Below are positions 57,555 through 64,000 of a stretch of DNA of 64,000 bases, piece after piece. The notes beneath the pieces are model-generated. The model had not been told where the DNA came from, ran no database searches, and saw only the letters and a list, made by a program, of their open reading frames with translations. A program made the position numbers and the translations under genes. The stretch's first letter is position 1, and the number at the start of each line of letters is the position of its first letter. Origin of the DNA: an uncultured Micavibrio sp. (GTDB lineage Bacteria > Pseudomonadota > Alphaproteobacteria > Micavibrionales > Micavibrionaceae); the NCBI GenBank assembly GCA_964352665.1, contig CAYGSJ010000005.1:141-64140 (forward strand), given 5' to 3'.

Positions 57555-59999
57555 ATGTCGAAAAAAATGTTAATAGACGCAACACACAACGAAGAGACGC
57601 GTGTTGCGATTACCGATGGTAATAAACTTGTAGAATATGATTATGAAAGCCAGAGCAGAAAGCCCCTTAAAGGAAGTATATTTCTGGCAAAAGTGACGCG
57701 TGTAGAGCCGTCCTTACAGGCCGCCTTCGTTAATTTCGGAGGAAATCGTCACGGGTTCTTGCCCTTTTCTGAAATTCATCCGGATTACTTCAAAATCCCG
57801 GTTGCCGACCGTGAAGCACTAATGGCAGAGCAAGAGGCGCTTCTTCAGGAACATGACGAAGAGGAAGAGGCACTGGACGAGGATGTCGGCGAATCTGTTA
57901 CTGATGTTGGAGGCGAAGCTGAGATTGTAGGCGGTGCTGAAATTGAGGACGATGAAGAAGATGACGATGATCTTGATATAGATAATTCCGATATACTTCC
58001 CGAAGATATTGATGATGTTGAAATGGAGGCTGAAGAAGAAAAGGCCAAAAAAACATCAAATAATAAGAATAAAAAGGGTAAAGAAGAGGTTGCTGAATCA
58101 GAAAGTCCGGAGGAAGAAAAATCTTCAGAAGATGATGCGGATGGCAATAAAAGGGGCGGTCGTTACAGAAAACACCGGGGTCGCGGGAAAAAACGGTCCC
58201 AGTTCCGTAACCGCAGTGTCGAGGTTGTTGGTGGAGAAGAAATCGATGAGCAACAAAGATTTCGTTTCAACCTACGCAGAAAATATAAGATTCAGGAAGT
58301 TGTAAAACGCGGCCAGATTATGCTCATTCAGGTTAATAAGGAAGAGCGTGGCAACAAAGGTGCCGCGGTCGGGTCTTATCTGTCATTGCCAGGTAGATAT
58401 TGTGTTCTTATGCCAAACAGCCCGCGTGCAGGTGGTGTGAGCCGTAAAATAGCAAACCACAAAGACCGTGCCCGCATGCGTGACATAGTCAAAAGTCTGG
58501 AAGTGCCGAAGGGCATGTCCGTAATTGTAAGAACCGCAGGTGTGACACGCACCAAAACTGAAATCAAACGTGATCTGGATTATCTGATGAGACTCTGGAA
58601 CACAATCCGCGAACTTACTTTGCAATCAACAGCGCCGGCAATGGTTTATGAAGAAGCTGATCTTATCAAGCGTGCCGTGCGTGATCTGTATAGCAGAGAT
58701 GTCGAAGAAATCCATGTTGCGGGCGATGAAGGTTTTAAAACAGCCAAGGAATTTATGAAAATGATGATTCCTTCTCATGTTAAAAAGGTTAAACAATATG
58801 AAGGTGGACAATTGCCTCTATTTAACCGTTACCAAATCGAAAGCCAGATCAATGAAATAGGACAGCCCGAAGTTCGCTTGAGATCCGGTGGCTATCTTGT
58901 TATCAACCCAACCGAAGCGCTTGTTTCTATAGATGTAAACTCCGGGAAAGCAACAAAGGGTAGACATATCGAAGAAACGGCTCTTAAAACCAATTTGGAG
59001 GCCGCAGATGAGGTTGCACGGCAATTAAGGCTACGTGACCTTGGTGGTTTGGTTGTAATTGACTTTATCGATATGGAAGATCGACGTAATAACGCAAAAG
59101 TAGAACGCCGCATGAAGGAGGCTCTGTCGACTGACCGTGCGCGTGTACAGGTTGGCCGCATATCTTCCTTTGGTTTGATGGAACTATCACGTCAGAGATT
59201 GAGTCCAAGTCTTACAGAAGCTCAATTCGAAAAATGCTGTAACTGTAATGGTATTGGTCTGGTCCGTACAGATGATGCCATGTCTATCATCGTGTTACGC
59301 GCTATCGAAGACGAAGGTATACTTGGCCGCGCTTCAGAACTTATTGTTCAGGTGACAGGCAGCGTAGCACTCTATCTTTTGAACTATAAACGTAAGAAAC
59401 TGGCTCAAATAGAAGAACGTTATAACCTTCAGGTTTTACTGCGTGTCGATGACCAGATAGCGGCGTCCGACTACAGAGTCGAAGTTTCAAAACCTGTTAA
59501 AGGTGATGATGAGTTAGACGGCGAGGAGCCAAAAGCAGAAGCAGAGACTGAAGACGAAGACACAAAATCAGACGAGAAAAACAAGTCCGGGAAACGTCGT
59601 GGTCGCCGAGGCGGTCGTGGACGCGGGCGTTCTGATTCAGATGATGGAGCAGACAGTCAAGAAAACGCAGACAAAGCAGACACAAAATCCGGGACGCGTG
59701 AGAAAGCCAAGCCTGCAGATAAAAGCCAATCAAAAGCTCCTGATGAGTCGTCATCTAAAAAAGAAGACAAAAACACAAAGTCTAAGTCGCCGCGTGGAAA
59801 GGCACCGTCTAAAAAGAAAGACGAAGCCGCGAACGATGACGCTGTGAAAGAAAAAGAAAAGCAGAAAGAAACATCTGACAAACCTGTTTCTTCTATTAAG
59901 GCGGCAGAGGAGAAAGCTGCAGAAGCCAAGAAATACGAGGTTGTTAATCAGGCACCCGAGGAAAAGAAAAAGGGCTGGTGGAATCGCTTGGTCGAATGA
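57555..59999 (+). CDS. rne: Ribonuclease E
   Basis: MLIDATHNEETRVAI N-terminus, an S1 domain interrupted by an acidic/basic insert, a catalytic core (GGLVVIDFIDM, CxxC zinc link CCNCNG), and a Lys/Arg/Asp-rich C-terminal scaffold. Confidence 0.92.
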   Translation: MSKKMLIDATHNEETRVAITDGNKLVEYDYESQSRKPLKGSIFLAKVTRVEPSLQAAFVNFGGNRHGFLPFSEIHPDYFKIPVADREALMAEQEALLQEHDEEEEALDEDVGESVTDVGGEAEIVGGAEIEDDEEDDDDLDIDNSDILPEDIDDVEMEAEEEKAKKTSNNKNKKGKEEVAESESPEEEKSSEDDADGNKRGGRYRKHRGRGKKRSQFRNRSVEVVGGEEIDEQQRFRFNLRRKYKIQEVVKRGQIMLIQVNKEERGNKGAAVGSYLSLPGRYCVLMPNSPRAGGVSRKIANHKDRARMRDIVKSLEVPKGMSVIVRTAGVTRTKTEIKRDLDYLMRLWNTIRELTLQSTAPAMVYEEADLIKRAVRDLYSRDVEEIHVAGDEGFKTAKEFMKMMIPSHVKKVKQYEGGQLPLFNRYQIESQINEIGQPEVRLRSGGYLVINPTEALVSIDVNSGKATKGRHIEETALKTNLEAADEVARQLRLRDLGGLVVIDFIDMEDRRNNAKVERRMKEALSTDRARVQVGRISSFGLMELSRQRLSPSLTEAQFEKCCNCNGIGLVRTDDAMSIIVLRAIEDEGILGRASELIVQVTGSVALYLLNYKRKKLAQIEERYNLQVLLRVDDQIAASDYRVEVSKPVKGDDELDGEEPKAEAETEDEDTKSDEKNKSGKRRGRRGGRGRGRSDSDDGADSQENADKADTKSGTREKAKPADKSQSKAPDESSSKKEDKNTKSKSPRGKAPSKKKDEAANDDAVKEKEKQKETSDKPVSSIKAAEEKAAEAKKYEVVNQAPEEKKKGWWNRLVE

Positions 60000-60017
60000 T
60001 CGGGATGAGCATTTAAC

Positions 60018-60048
60018 AAAAACGGGCCTGATATTGGCCCGTTTTTTT
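60018..60048. terminator. Bidirectional Rho-independent terminator between rne and the 60047..60760 gene
   Basis: aaaaacgggcc-tgatatt-ggcccgttttttt. A 7-bp GC stem is flanked by an A-run and a T-run. Confidence 0.8.
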
Positions 60049-60760
60049 ACCTTGGAATCAGAATTTGGTAAAAATAATAAATATCATCTGTAACATCATA
60101 GACACATCCCGCCCCTTTGCCTTTGACTTGCGGGGCTTCATCTGTAACATCAGTGCCGCCGATCGATGATGCGTTCACAGTCGCACTGTATGCTCCGGTG
60201 AAAGCAGATCCTTCGAGTATATCCAGCATACGCGGTGCATCGTTGCTGGGGTTTGTAATATTTTGGATCTTATTGATCTGCAAACAGATGTTTAAGGGAA
60301 TGTTCGGCGCCAATAACAGTAATTCTGTACACCCGTTATCAGCAGTATCGCATCCAAACTGATAAACCAGGTTTTCTGTCGAGACATGCCATATATCTGT
60401 ATGTGACGTATCATTCATTAATTGAGCCGGTGTTTGATAGGCAATACCGCCACCATCTGTATGAAAAACCTCGCAGTTTGTTGCTGTACAGTTGGTATTG
60501 TTATGTGCGCCGCTTATGGCTAGAAAATCCAGATCATTTTCGCTCATTCCGTTCATCATCATCTGCTGGACTGCTGTATTGACCGATTGAGAAAACCGAA
60601 GTAAAGACGTCGCTTTAATACGTGCCTGTTCAACGCTGCCGGACTGATTCACCGAACTGCTGCTGCGCGCGATGATACCTGTTAAAAAGGCAAGCATCGC
60701 AATGGCCATCAGGATAATCCAAAGTGCGTTGCCACTGTTGTTATCGAATTGATTGTTCAT
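60047..60760 (-). CDS. N-terminally anchored, Cys-containing exported protein with pilin-like topology
   Basis: ATG at 60760, 4 bp after the aminotransferase stop. MNNQFDNNSGNALWIILMAIAMLAFLTGIIA is followed by a globular part with paired Cys (NCTATNC, GCDTADNGC). It lacks the canonical G/F...E5 prepilin site. Confidence 0.45.
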   Translation of the reverse strand: MNNQFDNNSGNALWIILMAIAMLAFLTGIIARSSSSVNQSGSVEQARIKATSLLRFSQSVNTAVQQMMMNGMSENDLDFLAISGAHNNTNCTATNCEVFHTDGGGIAYQTPAQLMNDTSHTDIWHVSTENLVYQFGCDTADNGCTELLLLAPNIPLNICLQINKIQNITNPSNDAPRMLDILEGSAFTGAYSATVNASSIGGTDVTDEAPQVKGKGAGCVYDVTDDIYYFYQILIPR

Positions 60761-60764
60761 GAAA

Positions 60765-61922
60765 TTATGATTGCCAGTTTTGAAGACGCTTGCAAGCCTC
60801 AATAATATTTTCCTCGCTATCGGCATAACAAATGCGGATATTTTTCTGGCCGCGCGTCAGGTCGAAATCAACGCCGGGTGTTGTGGATACTTTGGCCTCG
60901 TCCAGCATCTTATTACAAAATTCTTCACTATCATTGCTGAGATTGTGGACATCCGCATAAACATAGAAAGCACCGGCGGCATTTGTAAACGCTGTAATCT
61001 TCGCCTTGGGAAGCTCGGCAAGCAAAATTTCTCTGTTTTTGCGATAGCTTTTGACATAGTCGTCCAGCACATCGGTATGATCAAAAATTTTATAAGCCAG
61101 ATATTGGGAAATTGTCGGTGGAGAAACACACAAACTCTCGGAAAGCTTTCTGACCCGATCAACCATGTTATCAGGCAAAACGGTCCATCCGAGACGCCAC
61201 CCTGTCATGGCAAAATATTTGGAAAATGTATTAAGCACGATAACATTCTTTGAATATTTAAGAGCAGTCTCGGCTTTTCTTTCATATGTGATGCCGTGAT
61301 AGGCTTCATCTGAAATAATGCGTATACCTTTTTCGTCGCACCATTCGCATATTTTCTTCAATTCACCCTCGTCAATCATAGTGCCAGAGGGATTAGACGG
61401 AGAATTAATGATAATACCATCAAATTCTTCACCACAATTTTCAAGGAGATCCATAGTGGGCTGATAATTATCTTCGGCTCTGGACTCAATTTCAACAACT
61501 TCGATGTTCAGGGACTTTAATATATTTCTGTAAGCAGGATAGGTGGGCGTTGTAAGAGCCACACGATCACCCGCATCGAAAGCAGCTATAAAATCAAGAA
61601 TGAAGCCACTGGACGAGCCTGCTGTAATGACAATATTATCAGGAGAAACACGCACACCGTAATAGCTGTTGTAATAATCGCTTAGACGCTCACGCAAAGA
61701 CGGCATGCCAACGGCTTCTGTATATCCCTGACGCGGGTCAGTCTGTATTTTGGAAATGGCGTATTCAAGGGCTGGAGCAGGGGCTCCAAAGTTGGGTTGT
61801 CCTGCCCCCATGCGCATAATACTATCCCCTGCAACCTCTCTTTCATTGACCTGACGCAGGATATCCAAAGCCCGAAACATATCAATGTCGGAGCGGTTAG
61901 AAATTTTTACTATTTTGGCCAT
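60765..61922 (-). CDS. PLP-dependent aminotransferase, class I/II
   Basis: 385 aa. PLP-lysine motif NTFSKYFAMTGWRLGW and SPSNPSG. Confidence 0.85.
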   Translation of the reverse strand: MAKIVKISNRSDIDMFRALDILRQVNEREVAGDSIMRMGAGQPNFGAPAPALEYAISKIQTDPRQGYTEAVGMPSLRERLSDYYNSYYGVRVSPDNIVITAGSSSGFILDFIAAFDAGDRVALTTPTYPAYRNILKSLNIEVVEIESRAEDNYQPTMDLLENCGEEFDGIIINSPSNPSGTMIDEGELKKICEWCDEKGIRIISDEAYHGITYERKAETALKYSKNVIVLNTFSKYFAMTGWRLGWTVLPDNMVDRVRKLSESLCVSPPTISQYLAYKIFDHTDVLDDYVKSYRKNREILLAELPKAKITAFTNAAGAFYVYADVHNLSNDSEEFCNKMLDEAKVSTTPGVDFDLTRGQKNIRICYADSEENIIEACKRLQNWQS

Positions 61923-62200
61923 TTTTTATTCCGTTATTTACAAAAATCATAAGGAGACACAAAGCCTGAAACACAGATTAAAATCAAGATTAAAATGAAT
62001 TTTTACAAGTGTTTAGACAAGCAGGATTCATAATAAAAACAATTTAAATAAAATTTTATCTATTTTTTATACTTCGTTTACTTTTATGAATACATGGTTA
62101 ACAAAATAAAACGAATTTATTTTGAATTTTATTTACTTTCTATTTACTTGTTAAATGTTATGGTAAATATAAGGGTGACAAGATTATAGGGTGATAAGAA

Positions 62201-62302
62201 ATGATGTTGGGTTTGATGGCATTATTGTCAGGAATTTTAAGTTTGTTATTCACTCTGGCTTCACTTTATTGGCGTAGACCAGCGGAGAGGGAGAGCGAAT
62301 AA
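62201..62302 (+). CDS. Candidate 33-aa hydrophobic peptide
   Basis: MMLGLMALLSGILSLLFTLASLYWRRPAERESE. AGGG about 10 nt upstream. A hairpin (62304..62322) follows immediately and a T-run lies at 62335..62341. Not in the ORF track because it is under 60 aa. Confidence 0.3.
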   Translation: MMLGLMALLSGILSLLFTLASLYWRRPAERESE

Positions 62303-62453
62303 GAAGGGTTGAGCAGACCCTTTGGGGAGTTGGGTTTTTTTATAGCGTTTGTGTGTTTATCTTTTATCATGTGCAAGGCTTATGAACGATACAAATTTAT
62401 AGCCCCTTTTTTAGTAAATATGTATCACTGGGTTCATTTAGTCTTTTTTCCTA

Positions 62454-62484
62454 GCCGCCGGATTTATTCCGGCGGTCTTTTTTT
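62454..62484 (+). terminator. Strong Rho-independent terminator inside the 642-bp intergenic region
   Basis: gccgccgg-atttatt-ccggcggt followed by c plus a run of 7 T. It lies 80 bp upstream of the next start codon. Confidence 0.75.
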
Positions 62485-62564
62485 GAATTCTCTTTTGCCA
62501 AACGTAAATTATCGGGATAGTATTAGGTTCGTTTCGTAAAACTAAAAAACAAGGTTTCAGAATT

Positions 62565-63182
62565 ATGCCATATCGTGTCATCGCTTTCATGTTTATCGCC
62601 GTTCTACTGGTTGCATTTCCGGTTATTTCAAAAGCACAAGACTCAGCAGCTCCAAAACAGGAGGAGCAAACAGAGGACGACCCTGCGCGCGCAAAATCCA
62701 AAGCTTTACAGGATAAAATGACCAGCCTTATGAGAACATTATCTCAGGAAGAGGCCAACCATTTCATCGTCATGTACACCAATTACAATGTGTACAGTAT
62801 GGTAAAAGCAGTTGAAAACGATGTTGGGAATGCTATTGGCGGCTGCGGCGAAAATAATCCGGGCATGAAGGAAGATCTTGAAAAAAGATTCGAGGGATGG
62901 CAAAAATCTGTTGGAAGTTCCCTGAAAGAGGCCGATGCAAACATTAAGAATCTTGCTCTTGCACAAACATATCTTCCACAAGCGGAAATACAGGAATTCT
63001 TCGCCATGATTGATGAGGTGCGTTCCTACAATTCATCGCGCTTTGAAACAACACCGGTTACAACACCGGAGGCCTGTGAGTTTATGCTCAGTAAAATGGA
63101 TGAAACAGAGCAAAGTATGCAGCAGCTTCTACAAGTTGCTCTTGCCAGCTATCCGAATGTTTTGAGAAAAACACAGAAATAA
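62565..63182 (+). CDS. Secreted/periplasmic protein of unknown function
   Basis: 205 aa. Signal peptide (FMFIAVLLVAFPVISKAQD), helical with two Cys. No family recognised. Confidence 0.55.
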   Translation: MPYRVIAFMFIAVLLVAFPVISKAQDSAAPKQEEQTEDDPARAKSKALQDKMTSLMRTLSQEEANHFIVMYTNYNVYSMVKAVENDVGNAIGGCGENNPGMKEDLEKRFEGWQKSVGSSLKEADANIKNLALAQTYLPQAEIQEFFAMIDEVRSYNSSRFETTPVTTPEACEFMLSKMDETEQSMQQLLQVALASYPNVLRKTQK

Positions 63183-63672
63183 AGACGAATTTGTCACGAC
63201 GGTGCCGAAAAGGTGTATGTCGTCCTGATATTCAACAAATTCGGCAGCTCCTAACAACACGTACACCCTGAACAGAGTAGGTTGGCAGTACTATTCGATA
63301 ATATTGCTAACCATGTAGAACGCGATCTAACGCTTGAGCAAGGATAAAAAAACGGTCAAAAATGCTTGTCAGGAGCAGATTTGAGCGTTATCGCCGAGAA
63401 TTCACAAAATCAAAAACAACAAATGCCTATCCGACTTATTTTGATGACCTCAAAAAAGCCTGAAAATTTATTTTTTTACAATAAGATAGCTTTAAGTCGA
63501 TATATGAAAATTAAATTTGAAAAAAACAGCATAATGTGGCAGAATATGTGTAACTTCTGAAAAGAGCGACAGATACGCATAAGTAATTTTAATAAAAAAA
63601 ACAGGCGTTTCTAGTTGTCGGAAGAAAATAAAAAGCGGTGGGCTTGAATACTACAAACAGGGTGATTAAAAA

Positions 63673-64000
63673 ATGGCGGATACCTTCACGGAAGAGCAAA
63701 TTAACGCAGCAAACCTTCAGTTCCAGGAACTTATGGTCGCGGTTGGTATAGAAGTACCAAGAAATTATTCATTCAATCCCTTATATATGGATATGGTCGC
63801 GACAAGATTAAGCCAGCTTGATAGCGAAATCATGAGCAACGTGCCAGCAGGGCCGGGAGAGATCGTTGACGGTCAGTACACGGAAGCATATTTTCAGCGC
63901 GTAGATAGTATACTTCTCGGCCAAATGGCTTTTAATTCCGGTGTGGACCCAGCAAATATAGATCAAGAGACCGTAGAAAGAATGGCAGGCTTGCTGCAAG
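63673..64000 (+). CDS. Partial CDS running off the window, unknown function
   Basis: ATG at 63673, open to the window end (MADTFTEEQINAANLQFQELMVAVGIEVPRNYSFNPLYMDMVATRLSQLDSEIM...). Absent from the ORF track because no stop codon lies within the window. Confidence 0.4.
   Translation, partial: MADTFTEEQINAANLQFQELMVAVGIEVPRNYSFNPLYMDMVATRLSQLDSEIMSNVPAGPGEIVDGQYTEAYFQRVDSILLGQMAFNSGVDPANIDQETVERMAGLLQ

Noticed and set aside
57845-58250. An acidic then basic low-complexity insert in the RNase E S1 region, with a Ser-rich antisense ORF (57845..58147), considered as a possible novel insertion or gene.
   Set aside because: Insertions in the S1 domain and low-complexity scaffolds are a known feature of alphaproteobacterial RNase E. 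The antisense ORF is simply the complement of GAA/GAT-rich codons.
62309-62539. A 76-aa ORF in the long intergenic region.
   Set aside because: It starts at a non-ATG codon, runs straight through a hairpin with a T-run and through the strong terminator at 62454..62484, and has no RBS. The region is more likely non-coding RNA or UTR.
63808-63999. A 63-aa minus-strand ORF at the right edge.
   Set aside because: It lies antisense to the longer open frame that starts at 63673 and continues off the window, and it has no RBS or motif.

Overview
Gene-dense, low-GC chromosomal window. All family calls come from motif recognition in the supplied ORF translations; no searches were run. Gene content and order look alphaproteobacterial (inference): a ctaC-ctaD-ctaB-ctaG-ctaE-DUF983-SURF1 oxidase cluster, a PleC/DivJ-type kinase, IalB, and a giant NAD-GDH. 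From about 17.5 to 60 kb the window is housekeeping: xseA, putA, purD, tadA, rluB, rsmD, uppP, YceI/cytochrome b561, GST, LysE/Lrp, ScsB-like DsbD plus a redoxin, acetoacetyl-CoA synthetase, gor, ubiA, rsmE, the aa3 oxidase cluster, an M23 peptidase and rne. Packing is very tight: five convergent gene pairs share overlapping stop codons and two divergent pairs share a CATG start. From about 0.3 to 17.5 kb the content looks accessory. It holds a Sel1 protein, a TPR-methyltransferase, an unclassified polytopic membrane protein, a Cys-rich secreted HExxH protein, a large prepilin with an EF-hand loop and a tail-fibre-like C-terminus, a ~1260-aa serralysin/RTX exoprotein, an esterase, a TerD / Ca2+-Na+ antiporter / TerD operon, and an SNase-like membrane protein. 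This block carries internal duplications: the 5' region of a membrane-protein gene, and fragments of a chemotaxis-receptor gene that bracket the RTX gene. It has no transposase, integrase or tRNA. The best candidates for something undescribed are the TerD-antiporter-TerD module, the prepilin plus HExxH pair, and the duplicated or chimeric segments around them. The right end (60-64 kb) has a pilin-like orphan and long AT-rich non-coding regions containing a 33-codon hydrophobic ORF and a strong terminator. No rRNA, tRNA or CRISPR was seen.
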